Shown piece after piece: positions 1-13,192 of a stretch of 64,000 bases of DNA (the first letter of the stretch is position 1; each line of letters opens with the position of its first letter). Origin of the DNA: Lama glama (taxonomy: Eukaryota); the NCBI GenBank assembly GCA_028534125.1, contig CM052832.1, positions 18,416,001-18,480,000 on the forward strand, given 5' to 3'. Under the pieces are notes generated by a model, which was given only the letters and a program-made list of their open reading frames with translations, was not told the DNA's origin and did not search any database. A program made the position numbers and the translations under genes.

Positions 1-1156
1 ACATAGAATCAGAACTGAGTGGCCGGTACTTATTTTATCTTTTTTACCAAAATATATTAGTATGATGAAGGTACTTTAGTTGTTTGTACACTTTCAGTGA
101 TTTCTTATAATTCCTATGCCAGAGTCACACTGACGGATGGCGGGCCAAAATGATTTTCTACGGTTGTTAATTCATCCATCACTAATCTCATTAGGCTGTT
201 AAATTCCCAGAGGACATGACCAGTAGACACAGTTTCCACATGTTGAATGACTGTCATTCAGTGAAACCATGGTGTTATCCTCAGTCTAAAAGAAGATGCC
301 TCATTTTTCATTCATCACTGAGCTCAATTTGTATAACCCCTTTTGACTATCACATCTCAGACTGACATCTTTTGTACATATTTTCATCTAGATGTAGTAG
401 TAAAGAATAGAATACAAACGGCCAACTTTAGAAGGGTTGAGAAGAGGTGAGTTCATCAGCAAAAAGTGGCATAACGATTGATTTGTTCTAGTACTTTTCC
501 TCTATTTCTGTTTAAAATTTTGCCATCTAATTGTTTCTATTTCAAATCTCTAGTTCATCTTAAAAGTCAAAGTGCATCTTGTTAAATTCAGTTACTTTAT
601 TTCCATCTACAGCTTTGAGTTGCCAGTTAGAGTGTCCTTCTATACCATGACGTGTTAGATATTGTTACTGGAAGTAACCTACAATTTTCATGTGTTGAAA
701 TTCATCTCTTTAATGCAGCTTAGAAAAATAAATAAATATATAAATGCTTGTTTTCTTTGAAAACAGATCATCTCAATGTCCCTCCCTGCCAGAACTATTG
801 GAGGTTATTTGCAGGCTCAGGGGGCCTCCCTTCTTCCCTTATTATTCCTATTCTTGAGGGTCAGACCCCCTGCCTTGCATAACCCAGAGGGGAACCTGAG
901 AGTTTTTAAAAAACAGCCCAATTTCTCGCCTTTGGAGAAGTGAAAAGGTGCCCCGCCCCCGTCTGTAAAAGAGGGATTTGATAAAGAGTTTCAATGTCTT
1001 CAAATCAAAGATTTAAGTCTCTAACCCCCCACCATCCAGGACCCCCCAAGGCTTACGAACCCCCTCCATCCCGCCCTAACTGCTTTGGACTGGCCCCAGA
1101 ATCCTTGTCCCAGTCCACAGTTCCTGTGGGTCTGTACACAGAATTCACAGAGGACC

Positions 1157-1603
1157 TGTGTTACTTCCCTTGCGAAGAAACATAATTATAGTGAAAATCT
1201 AGGTGGAAACCATTTCGTTTTTGGTCCTAAAAGAAGGGAAGCATGTACCCAACCACCCCTGAGAAAAAGAAGTTTCAGGGGCAAAGGAGCGAACAGGTAA
1301 TTTAGAAGAAAAACAGAAAGTGGTCTCTGACTGCCCAGGACTTCCCTAGGAGTTGGGGGAATTGGGGACGCCTGGATGCGTAGTCTTTGTGGTTGCAGAA
1401 AAAATAAATGGAGAACACGAAGCCTGAGGCTTCTCGGATCCCTTCCCGACCAAATCCGGATGATTTGGTGCGGAGCATTTTAATATTTTCCCCCTTTTGT
1501 GAAGTGGAACAAACACAACTTGGGCGCACCGCGGCGGCTCAGTGTCTGCCAGGCAGCCGGGCGACTGGAGCACCAATCAGCGCGCGCCTGCGCTCTATAT
1601 ATA
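1157..1603 (+). promoter_or_regulatory. H1-type promoter: TG box, H1/AC box, CCAAT, TATA
   Basis: TGTGTTA 1157-1163, AAACACA 1511-1517, GCACCAATCA with CCAAT 1573-1577, TATATATA 1596-1603 upstream of ATG 1673; canonical main-type H1 promoter order. Confidence 0.85.
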
Positions 1604-1672
1604 CGGCGGCCCGGCCCAAGCGCAGCTCCATCGGCGTTTTTGCCACTTGTACCCGAGTCCTAGATCTTCAAC

Positions 1673-2314
1673 ATGTCTGAGACTGCTCCTGCCGCTCCTG
1701 CTGCCGCGCCCCCTGCGGAGAAGACCCCAGTCAAGAAAAAGGCTGCCAAGAAACCAGCTGGGGCGCGCCGTAAGGCCTCCGGGCCCCCGGTGTCGGAGCT
1801 CATCACCAAGGCTGTCGCCGCTTCCAAGGAGCGCAGCGGGGTCTCCCTGGCTGCGCTCAAGAAGGCGCTGGCGGCCGCCGGCTATGATGTGGAGAAGAAC
1901 AATAGCCGCATCAAGTTGGGTCTTAAAAGCCTGGTGAGCAAGGGCACCCTGGTGCAGACTAAGGGCACCGGCGCCTCCGGCTCTTTTAAGCTCAACAAGA
2001 AGGCGGCCACTGGGGAAGCCAAGCCCAAGGCTAAGAAGGCGGGTGCGGCCAAACCCAAGAAGGCTGCTGGGGCAGCTAAGAAGCCCAAGAAGGCCACGGG
2101 CGCGGCCACTCCGAAGAAAAGCGCTAAGAAGACCCCCAAGAAGGCGAAGAAGCCAGCGGCGGCTGCTGTAACCAAGAAAGTGGCTAAGAGTCCAAAGAAG
2201 GCTAAGGCTCCCAAGCCTAAGAAGGCTGCCAAGAGCGCAGCTAAAGCAGTGAAGCCCAAAGCCGCCAAGCCCAAGGTTGCCAAACCCAAGAAGGCTGCAC
2301 CCAAAAAGAAGTAG
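1673..2314 (+). CDS. H1-2: Linker histone H1.2 (H1c), 213 aa, intronless
   Basis: [59 protein letters not shown]... ending [15 protein letters not shown]; globular domain, Lys-rich tail, H1.2-type termini; synteny with human. Confidence 0.95.
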   Translation: MSETAPAAPAAAPPAEKTPVKKKAAKKPAGARRKASGPPVSELITKAVAASKERSGVSLAALKKALAAAGYDVEKNNSRIKLGLKSLVSKGTLVQTKGTGASGSFKLNKKAATGEAKPKAKKAGAAKPKKAAGAAKKPKKATGAATPKKSAKKTPKKAKKPAAAAVTKKVAKSPKKAKAPKPKKAAKSAAKAVKPKAAKPKVAKPKKAAPKKK

Positions 2315-2347
2315 GTTGTTGAGCTTCTGCTTCTTTAAACCCAAAAC

Positions 2348-2390
2348 GGCTCTTTTCAGAGCCACCACTGATATCAAAAAAAAGAGCTGT
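2348..2390 (+). terminator. Histone 3' stem-loop and HDE of H1-2
   Basis: GGCTCT-TTTC-AGAGCC 2348-2363 followed by ACCA; AAAGAGCTGT 2381-2390 (U7 pairing site). Confidence 0.95.
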
Positions 2391-4099
2391 ACATGCCTGC
2401 TTTACCTGCTCTGTCTTTCGTTTAGCCTTTATATTATAGGGGAAAGTGGCGCAGAAGTCATTCTACTGTCAGTTGGCTGCCGAGTAGAAAAAGCAAGGGG
2501 GATGGAGGGAGATTGGGGGGTGGGGGGGATGGAGGGAGTGGGTTGTTACTGTGCAGAAACTGACCCCAATTCAGGGGGTTGCCCCTACCCCTACAGTGCT
2601 CTGGCTCGCCTCCTGGTCAGCTGTTGGCAAACGTTTTCCGGCGGCTTGAGTACTTGGGATATCCGCCAGCCCCGCCCCGCTCCGCTCTTGTGAACAGCAA
2701 AAACAACCACAAATAAATCCAGCCAGTTTCGTAGTCTTAAGGGACATCCGATTGGGCTAACAACTTATTTAAAAGTCCCGCCCTGCTCGCGGGTTGGTTC
2801 ACTCCTTCACCCCATGATTTTCATTCTGTGTTTAATTGGTTGGTGGCGGTCCTCCATAGTCTGTTTTCTTCCTGTTGCGTTAGCCCTTTTCGCTTGATAG
2901 AGAAATGTGTCTGATATTTCGGGCGTTCTCCATGTTTTCGAAAGTCAAGTTCGTGTCTCTGGGGCGTTGATAGCATCCAGCCCTGGGTGGGGAGTGGCTG
3001 CAGGCGCCCTTGCCCTGCATTCTGTGAATTGTGGTTTGCTGTGGCAGCAAAGGAACATTGAAAAGTAATTACAGCGGCAGCAACGACTCTTGTACTCAGG
3101 GCAAGCCTGGACCTGGGATCATTCAGTCCCTCGTATTGTGTAACTTTCGACAAATGGGTGATGGATTTGAGCTCATCGAAACCAACTTTAGTCGGCCATT
3201 TTGTCCTGGCCGGCCGGTCACCAATCCTCATTTTAGATAGATAATCTAAAATTGAAGATACTTTAAGTGCATTTTTGTTCAACCCAAATGTTTCTACGCC
3301 AAGAATACATTGGTAAATACATTGGGTGTGTGGATGAGGGTGATGATGTCTGTAATAAAGGGCTTTAGTTTCCATTGGCATTGTTATCTGTAGATTCTTT
3401 CATATTCATGGCGTTTCTCCTAGATAGAGAAAATCCAGCGTCCTGTTTTTATTCTGGTGTGCACAGAATTTCTCAAGTTCCCGGGACAGTGGCTTCTGCA
3501 GACCTGCAGCTCAGCGCTTCAACCATTGCAGCAACTACGAACCTGGTGTGTGTTAATTCCCGCATTAGTGTAATGACCAGGGAACTCATCCCTCCCCGCC
3601 TCCTTATTGAATTGGTTTAATTTATTCTTTGTTTTCTTTATAATCACGAATAGAAAAACTTCCCTTTGAAAGCACAGCGCACACATACGCGAAGAAAGAC
3701 AATTCTCCCATCTTTTTTCCAGTAATTTTCCATTGTTAATTTTACATTTAAAATAATTGAGCCCTCTGTAGTTTGGTGTAAGGTTTAATACGTGGATAAT
3801 TTCCCCCCCAAATCATTTATTAACTCTTCCATTTCTGCCTCCCTTCTGCTCCCCATCCCATCAGCGCTTGAATTTCCACCTTTATCATAGGCTAATTTTT
3901 GTGGATAGGACTCATTCTGGGTTTTCTATTTTGTTCTTTTGGTCAGTCCCAAGGGTGAGATTGAACTGTTTTAAATATTGTTCACAGGGCTATCAATTCT
4001 GAGAATACATGGCCCATAGTAGATAAACAAGTAAGAATTGAATGTTTAATAAGCTGGGATGTTATAAGACTTTAGTTGCTAAGCGAGCTAATTCCCTCT

Positions 4100-4460
4100 C
4101 ATTACTTTTTTAGAATTTTCTGGATTTTCTATTTTTTGTTTGATTATTTGTTTTGTTTTTCCACATGTACTTAATTAAGATGCTTCCCATCTCCTGCTTG
4201 TTCATTCTTCCATTACACATGAAAACCCTCAATACCCTATTGGTAGTTTTACTGGGATTGTGTTAAATTTATTAATTAATTTTAGGGGATGATGAGTTTT
4301 CCTATTCAAAAAACATTGTATATTTTTCTATTTGTTCAAATATTTTGTGTCTGTGGAGAATGTTTTAAACTTTCTCCAAATGTATCTTCACATTTCTTAC
4401 TATCTTTATTCCCAAATATTGTATCTTATTTGTTGCTGTTGGAAATGGCAACCTATGATA
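4100..4460 (-). mobile_element. Old L1 fragment (L1M-like)
   Basis: T-rich antisense L1 ORF2-like text (ttttactgggattgtgttaaattta...aatttta gggga; tttctccaaatgtatcttcacatttctt). Confidence 0.5.
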
Positions 4461-4551
4461 TTTTAGATTCCTTTGAGGGCCAGCATCCCATAAAGTGCAC
4501 ATCAAAGATACCCACATATTGAAGGGATCTATCCATAATGAATTAATAATT

Positions 4552-4820
4552 TCTAGAACAGCAGTGGCCACATAAATAAGGGGAAAAGATAAAATCAATT
4601 TTAACAATATAATTTATTTAATCCAGTATATCCAAAGTATTATCATTCAACATAAAATCAATGTAAAAATACTTAGGAGATATTTAACATTGTTTCTTGT
4701 TTCCCATACTATGTCGTTGGAATCTAGTTTACACATACAGGACATTTCAGTTCCCACTGGCCCATTTCAAGAGTTCAGTTAACCATTTGCGGCTCATAGC
4801 AACGATGTGGACGATGAAAC
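4552..4820. mobile_element. hAT-Charlie MITE (MER3/MER33-like)
   Basis: aatttatttaatccagtatatccaaagtattatc...catttcagttcccactggcccatttcaagagttca resembles the MER3/MER33 consensus. Confidence 0.55.
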
Positions 4821-6534
4821 ACTATAATGACTTCTGGTCTCAAATATCCTGGTAGTCTTAACCTCACCTTTGGTTTAAAGTTTGAATGCCAGTGTGTCTT
4901 AATACAGATTGTCTTTTGTAGACTAAAAACGGAAGAAGAGTGTCTGACCTTAAAGAGAGGTTGATTGGTGCAGAGGTCATTGGGCCCATTTGAACCAATC
5001 AAAATTTTTCTATTCAAAAACTGGAATTCAGTTATAGAAATTGAGTTGACTTGATGTCAGGGGTTGGAAGCTGTCTTCTTAGACACTGTATGAGAAACCA
5101 AGAGATCTAGTGGATGAAAAGAACAGAATGGAGCCAAAGTGCAGAGAAAAGCAGAGATGAGAGATAGAGTTGTAATATCTGTAATATCTGTAATAACCTC
5201 CTGAGTTACTGGTTCTTTGAGCCATCGGAACTCCTGCCACTGGGGCCTCCTCACTTAGCTCAGGCTGGGTCAAGTTCCAACAACCAGGAGACCCGATTAA
5301 GACACCCCAAATATAGTCACAGTTAGTTCTTATAGTAATAGCATCGTGTACTTCTGTGTTCCCTTTCATCTTCCAATATTTTCAAGTCCACCCACTTGCT
5401 TGATTCTAAGAGGCAGGGGAGGAACCAACCTAAGTAAAGAGAATAAATTCTCTATAATTTTTCTTCAAATCTCTTATGAATGCCTTTTGGGATCTAAATT
5501 TATTGCGTTTATATACTTACAACTGATCATAGAATTGAATAATTCCTGCAAACATATTGGCATAGATGAAAGATGCCTTCTACTTTTAAATAAAACATAA
5601 ATTCCTCAAAAACAAATATAACCATTCTTCTCTATTAAGGGTGGAGGGAGAGTTTATTCACAGAGATCTGAAAGTTATTGTAAAAATCTCTAATTTCACC
5701 TAGCCATTAGATACAATCTTCAACAATATTTCCTCATGTTCTTTAATTTTATTCCATTCCTTCACAATCCTTTTACATAGTTGACTGGCTTGGGTCTAAT
5801 AAGCCTGTCAATGAAATCTAAAAAATGGCTACTTTAACCAAGAGCTTCTCGCCTTGATTTTTAGTTTGTAAGACCTATATTTTATTTTGACATTATTAAT
5901 ATTATTTCCAGTATTCATTTACTATTATAACATAATATTAACAACAGCAATAATATATTCAAATAATTGGCCAAACATGGCTGTTTAGCCAAAATGGCAA
6001 TACACACTGCATAAACTAAACTGCTGACTGATAATTCAACAATGAGAATTCATGAAATGTTCATGTTAGAAGTGTGAGTGACAGAAACTAAAGGTAATGT
6101 GTTATTCTAAATTTTTTTTTCTGTACATACAGTGTTGTCATGTCTGAAAACTTAAATATCCTACTACTTCCCCTAAGCAGTGTTCAAGGGATCATTTCTC
6201 CTATGCCTGAGGGAAATGTAAAATGTGACTTTGTGGTTGAAATCCATGCCAGAGATGAACAGTACAGTACAAGACAGGATTACATGATTAGAGGATTTCA
6301 GAAGGGAACAGGAATTTAGGGCACAGTGGTAACACCAATAGTGTTGACAACCAGCATTTCTTGAGCACTAATTTACAACACGCCAAGCACTGTTGCTGAG
6401 CACCCTCCATTTATTTTCAAACATGTTCTTGTCACAGCACTTTGAGATAAGTCCCATTATTACTGAGGCTTGGTCACTTAAAGGACATAGCTAGTTAATT
6501 TCTGAGCAGTGGGTATAATTATCCTCTGGGTACT

Positions 6535-6870
6535 AGTGCTATTCCTCAGAAATATAATAAAAGCCACATATGTAATTAAAAATGTTCTAATAGGCACATT
6601 TAAGACAAGTAAAAAGAAACAAATAAAATCAATTTTAATATTTAAACCCACTGTAATCAAAATATGATTTTACTAAGTGATCTAATATAAAATTAATGAG
6701 ATTGTTTTATTCTTTCTTTTATACTAACTCTGAAATTTTTTTACTAATTCTTTGGAATACAAATATCAAATTTCGCACTTAAGTTAAATTTTACACTTAA
6801 GTTCATCTCAGTTTGGACTAGCCACATTTCAAGTGCTTAATAGCCACATACTGCTAGTGGCTGCAGTATA
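6535..6870. mobile_element. hAT-Charlie MITE (MER33/MER3-like)
   Basis: aagccacatatgtaattaaaaatgttctaataggcacatt...catctcagtttggactagccacatttcaagtgcttaatagccaca. Confidence 0.7.
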
Positions 6871-7807
6871 GCTCTATAGTATATACTGAAAGGAAGACAT
6901 AAGAGAATACTTGCTCTGGAGTAGAATCTAGATGTTTCCAAGGAAATCATTATGCTGACCTGGTCCTAAGCTGAAGACTAAAGACCATAAACTGCAGATG
7001 TTCATCCTTAAGACTGATGTTTCTTTTGGTCATCCGACCTACCTCATCTCATATCAGATCTCTGACTAGAGGAATCTGATAACAGAATGTAGCCCAAGCC
7101 AGGCCGCAGCAACCCCTCCCTATTCAACTTGAGTTGAACCCAATCTCCAAGACAGTTACCCTTGAGGAGGAAATTAGATCTGATAATCCATTCCTGGGTA
7201 ATCTTATTAATCAAAAAATATTTAGAGGGTGGGTTTGGTGTGAGACTTCCTGGCCATATTTGCTAGCAGCATGAATTTGGCCAATTTACTAAACTCTCTT
7301 AGGCTGAAGTTCCTCTATTACATGGAGACAGAGAACTTACCTTTCAGTGTTGTAGCAAGAGATATACAATAATTGAGGCCAATCAGGTCATGTGGTACTT
7401 GACCCATGGAAAATTATCAATGTTAGCTATTAGACTGACTCATCCAATGACTCCGTGTTTTTTTTTTTTTCTTCCTTCCATAGGGACCTTCCTAAAGGAA
7501 GGTGATATTCAGCACAGAATGGACATATGACACCTATAAAGTTGACCCAGTGAACTCACCTGCACACTGAAAGTGTTTCCATTCCTCACAGTTGACTCTA
7601 TCCTCCCAATTAAGTCTCTCCTCCTAGTATCTCTCTTTGAGAAATGTACCATCATCCAAAGCATCATGTGAAGCAGTGCTCTATCTCAGAATCTAGAGAG
7701 TCATCCGAGACGTGATTCTCAACTCCTGGGGCACTCCACTGCAGTAGAACAGAGTGGTAGGAGGGTAGGGAAGGCCATATATCACCTGGTAACGCAGTCA
7801 GTGCTGA

Positions 7808-8770
7808 GAGGCAGGTTTACCCTAAAGCTAATGAAACTCAAGTGTCAGACTTCATTCTTCCAAGGCCCTGGGAGTGTGTCCACTTGCTCTCATTTAAAAA
7901 AAAAAAACCTTGTTTACATTTCTATGTTGACATATTTAATAACAGTTCATTAAAACTATTGCTTATTTTTACTTGATCTTCTCTTCCATTACAATTCACC
8001 TTTTGTCTGATTAGGTGGGATGTTGATGAGCATATTTGGGATTTGAGAAGAGAAAATTTGCTTGAATATATATTTAGCATGGGGTTAATGAGATATATAA
8101 AGTGATTTGCAGATGTGCTCATACATAGTTCAGTTGTTGCTAAGCCAATCTGATGTAAGAATGGCTTCAAGGAATGCTCCTACTAAATGACAACCTCACC
8201 TGGATTACTAGCAAGAAAATGCAGCACTAGAAGTCATATATCCACTTATCCCCCACTGGGAGTGAGTGCAGAAGTGGAGAATTGAGATTTGAAATGTACA
8301 GAGCCAGAAGCTAACCTGTAAAGAATTCTTTCAAATTTTACAACTCACAAAGAAGCTTGACAGAGAATTTTTCAAATTTGGAAACTATCTGAAAAACATG
8401 CTTGATATTACCAATAGTCCTCTGAAGCTGAAATTCTGTTATCGAGGGAATAAAACAAATTGTGATCACTCTAAAAGGAATACTCAATTCTCTTCCCACT
8501 GTTTATACTGTATACAAAATATCCCAAAATAATTTTTATTTGAAGATGGAATCAGACTAGTCAAAAATATATGAAGAAGCAGTGTGTCCAAGTTAATAAA
8601 ATGTGTTTTCCTGAGCTTTGTGATGGCTATGGTTTTGTCTAGTTTTGTAAAATTGAAATTGGTTTTCTCATTAATTTTCACTATCTAGTTTGTCTTTGTA
8701 ATTCTGTTTGTAGTTTTAAGAGTCACTCAGTTGTGTAAGCTTTAGGCCTCAGAAAACCTTCATCTACTCC
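7808..8770. mobile_element. Probable old hAT (Tip100/Zaphod-like) DNA transposon relic
   Basis: Starts ggcaggtttaccctaaagctaatgaaactcaag...ttccaaggccctggg and ends taagctttaggcctcagaaaaccttcatctactcc; recalled resemblance only. Confidence 0.4.
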
Positions 8771-9214
8771 ATCAATTATACTTCTACAGGTGGAAATTCT
8801 AAAAAGAAATTAACACTTAAGTGGATGTTTTTGTATGTATTAAAAGGAAACATGGGTAAAAGAGAAACTATAGTTGCTACCCTTAAGTATCTCACATCCC
8901 AGATTTTAATATGCGTAGGTAAGTCTTATTTTTCTTGTTATATAAATCTATTTAGTGGACCTTTAGTGGTGAGTACTGAGGTCAGTTTTTATGCCCTAAA
9001 CTACAATCCTACTTCAGGTACACCATTTGTGGACCATGGAGACAGATGTGCAAGTTTGTGGACTATTGGAAATGTTATGCATAGATATTGTTAAGACTTG
9101 TGTTCTCAGGTAGATTAAAAGCAGTGAAAGGCCATGGCCAAAGGGCCCTATACGAATATATACATAATGCACTCTTAACTCTACTTTGCATAAGTCATAA
9201 ATGTGAATGCTTCT

Positions 9215-9714
9215 NNNNNNNNNNNNNNNNNNNNNNNNNNNNNNNNNNNNNNNNNNNNNNNNNNNNNNNNNNNNNNNNNNNNNNNNNNNNNNNNNNNNNN
9301 NNNNNNNNNNNNNNNNNNNNNNNNNNNNNNNNNNNNNNNNNNNNNNNNNNNNNNNNNNNNNNNNNNNNNNNNNNNNNNNNNNNNNNNNNNNNNNNNNNNN
9401 NNNNNNNNNNNNNNNNNNNNNNNNNNNNNNNNNNNNNNNNNNNNNNNNNNNNNNNNNNNNNNNNNNNNNNNNNNNNNNNNNNNNNNNNNNNNNNNNNNNN
9501 NNNNNNNNNNNNNNNNNNNNNNNNNNNNNNNNNNNNNNNNNNNNNNNNNNNNNNNNNNNNNNNNNNNNNNNNNNNNNNNNNNNNNNNNNNNNNNNNNNNN
9601 NNNNNNNNNNNNNNNNNNNNNNNNNNNNNNNNNNNNNNNNNNNNNNNNNNNNNNNNNNNNNNNNNNNNNNNNNNNNNNNNNNNNNNNNNNNNNNNNNNNN
9701 NNNNNNNNNNNNNN
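9215..9714. other. Assembly gap (500 N, placeholder size)
   Basis: Run of N. Confidence 0.99.
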
Positions 9715-10759
9715 ATAATGCGCATTGGTTAGGGTGCACATAGCATTATATACGTGCTATTTTCCTGAGCTGTGTATCATCTCTTAGTCTAAGTGTTGTT
9801 TCAAAATATGAAATAAACTTTAGCTTCTAAATTTCTTTTTCATTTTACATTATTTAGTTGCATCGATTGTGCTCAGTTTAGAAATAAAACTTCAGGCATT
9901 TTAAAATCAAAGCATGGAAGAAAATCATACTTGTGAAAGAAAATGTACTGAACACTTTGGACTGGGGGTGGTGCCAGCATTTGAATATCATGGCATTAAG
10001 CGTCTATTACTTTATATTACAGGGGTGACGGGTTGGAGACAAAAGAGGGTGCTTAATGTGCAGACTATCTTTAAATGGCTGTCTGAAGATCCTCAGTCAA
10101 ACAGGGTTTTTCTTAGGCCCACAGAGTGATGTTACACCACAGGCTGAAGTTTACAGCTAATGCTGTTGAAGGCTGGAATGAATTTTGGTTTGTTATAGAG
10201 ACTTTGAAAGGAAAGGAAGGAGGAAGTCAAGATCAGGACTTAAAAATTTAGTAGCAGCCTTTCCTGTGTTCCCTATCAAAGTGAGTTACAGCTCACTGAG
10301 TGGTGTAGGGAGATTTAACACAACAGTGGGCAGCTGGTATAAAGATTTGAACTGTACTCCAGAGTAGGCTGCAGGTAAGCCAGAAGCCTGAGACTGTCAA
10401 AGCAGGCACAAAGGAACATATCTGGACAACCATGTTTTACATGTTACATATGAAAAGCAAAACACTTTTTCAATGCCTTGTACTTTAAGTGCTGTGGGCT
10501 TTTTTTGTTTTTTGTTTTTTAATCTTCACTAACATACATATTTGTTGATATTGTGCTGCAGGTTAAAACCTGAAAATGAGTCCTCAGGGCAATATCTCAA
10601 GTTCAGGTAGACTCTTTAGTAACAATACCAGGTGAAAATACGTCACGTTTGTGTACGAGGTCTATGTGCCAATCTCTGCTCTAATGCTTTGCTTACATTA
10701 GCTAAACTAAATCCTCACAAAAGTTCCATCAGTATTATTACCCAGTTGGTCACACAGCC

Positions 10760-12012
10760 ATAGCAGGAAAAATAAATTTTCCCTCTACCCTTCTGAGTTC
10801 TTAGCTGAGAATCCTGAAATGAGACAGATTAACAAGAGAAAAACAGAAATAACATGTATATCTCATGTATACGTGTGAGATACCCAGGGAAAAATGACTA
10901 ACTCCTTGGGCTGTCCTAAAATTCAGACTTAAATACCATCTTAATAGGGAAAGGGTAGAGGGTATATAGGCCTCTTACAGGAGAATAAAAGATTTTCAGG
11001 AAAGGGTGAACGAGCCCTTACTTCTAAGGATGGGAGAGGTATGATAGTGATAAAATTATGTTTAAGGCAGGACAAAATTTTTCATTTTTCAGTTTCATTA
11101 GGTAGAATTGTTACAATTTGACTGCACATATACAATACTGCATGTAAATAGACATACAATATACTGTACATATTTTTAACTTTACACAAAGGTACTGTTC
11201 ATTGTTTCTAAGAATAGAGAATTAGCTTGTTAAATTTACATAGTTATCAAAGGAAGAAAGCCAACAACAAAATGAGAATCAACAGAACACAGTAATCATA
11301 AAGGACAGTCAAATGTGCTTACACATTCAAGAAATTAATCATCTAAGGTATAAATAAGTAGTTAATTTGAGAACAAGAAAAATTTTAAGCCTGAAATTCT
11401 TTGCCCGTTTGGGGCCACCACCCCTCTTTAGAGTGCATTGTGCATGTACATTACACATTGACCAGACATCCTAGGAAGACACAGGAATGCCTCTTTGAAA
11501 AGAGCAGTTTTCTTTTGGTGCCAGCAAGGTAACACCTTAGGAGAAAACATTCTCCTCAATCCTGAAAGGGTCTTAATGACCCCACCGCTTGCCTTGTACC
11601 TGCGGATCTGGATTATGTAGACTGTCAATATGTAACTTTGACATATAACTCTTTGTCTCAAAAACTTTTATAACTGCTTTGACTTCTAACAAGCAGAACA
11701 GTCCTCAGAGCTTCCTGAAGGGCTGTCTTCTGGGTTATAATCCTCAGGTTGGCGCAAATAAAATTCTCTTAGCTTGACAATTTTTGCAGACAATAGTTTT
11801 GTGACAAGGGATGTCTGGGTGTAGTGTCAACTTTTAGTCTCCTTTCCTGTGATAAGCATCACACTTCCCTGGTTAATGAGACTTCTTGGGAAGGGATTTA
11901 TGACAACTGAGTTCCTTTTGGAGGTTGTCTTTAGGCAGATAATGGGAGTTCACAGAAAAGCCTCCCTGCCTTTGCTGCTATTCTGCTACAGCACAAAATA
12001 ATCGGCATACTG
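10760..12012 (-). mobile_element. ERV1-class LTR (MER34-like) split by a nested LTR
   Basis: aaaaataaattttccctctacccttctgagttcttagctgag...cagattaacaagagaaaaa; resumes at 11797 after the insert; paralogous to 12023-12505. Confidence 0.6.
11048..11792 (+). mobile_element. Solo ERV1-type LTR with TG...CA ends and 4-bp TSD
   Basis: ATAG 11044-11047 | TG...CA | ATAG 11793-11796; internal TATAA near 11668 and AATAAA 11757-11762. Confidence 0.75.
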
Positions 12013-12022
12013 TACGTATAAT

Positions 12023-12505
12023 TGAGGGACAATAATTTTCCTTCTACCCATCCAAGTTCTTAAGAAGGCAGATTAACAAGAGAAAAATGAAAGTTTCTTT
12101 AGTAACATGGATACCTCATATGCATGAGAGAGATCCAGAAAAAAACTGAGCAAACTTCCTCAAATTGGCACAAGTTACCACCTTAAATATCATCTTAAGC
12201 TAAAGACAAAAGAAGTGGGAGAGAGCCAGTTACCAAGAAAAGGAACAAAGATAATGTTATACAGAATTAAGTCCAGTTCCTTCTCATTGATGAGATTCTC
12301 TGGTGATTTCCACTCATTTCCTGATACAGAGAAGGAGACACAAATTGAGATTTCCTTTATAAATGTAAATGTGCCTTACAAAAAAGTAAGTTCTATTCTT
12401 AGAAATGTTTTTGTATCTACTTTTAGAGAAAAAAATCAATCAGCTCAAAAATAGTCCTTAGGCCAAAGAAACACATGGGGGATATCATATTCAGCTACGC
12501 TTCAC
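12023..12505 (-). mobile_element. ERV1-class LTR (MER34-like), second copy
   Basis: aataattttccttctacccatccaagttctt...cagattaacaagagaaaaa repeats the 10760 copy; ends atattcagctacgcttca. Confidence 0.6.
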
Positions 12506-12689
12506 AAGTAATCACTCCCTTCTGAATGAGAAAGTACAGTATTTGTCATAAAATAAAAACCTCTATTAAAATTATCAGTGGCAGATATAACTTCAGATGC
12601 AAAGAGCCAAGGGAGCAAAACAATCCAGAGTTTAAAAGTGAACCTATTTACTATGTTCTCTCTCCCACGTAGTCATTGGATCACTAGCC

Positions 12690-13156
<467 letters not shown>

Positions 13157-13192
13157 AATCTCGTCTTAATGCTTTTTTTTTTTCTTTCCAAA

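Noticed and set aside
1595..2377. Long antisense and alternate-frame ORFs over H1-2 (also over H1-1 and both H4 genes)
   Set aside because: Expected by-product of GC-rich, Lys/Ala-biased histone codons; no independent promoter or homology.
2821..3381. 186-aa minus-strand ORF and faint H4/H2B-like words downstream of H1-2
   Set aside because: No recognisable domain; the histone-like words are short and not correctly spaced.
9014..9743. ORFs full of X across gaps (also near 24900-25540 and 50700-51330)
   Set aside because: Artefacts of N runs.
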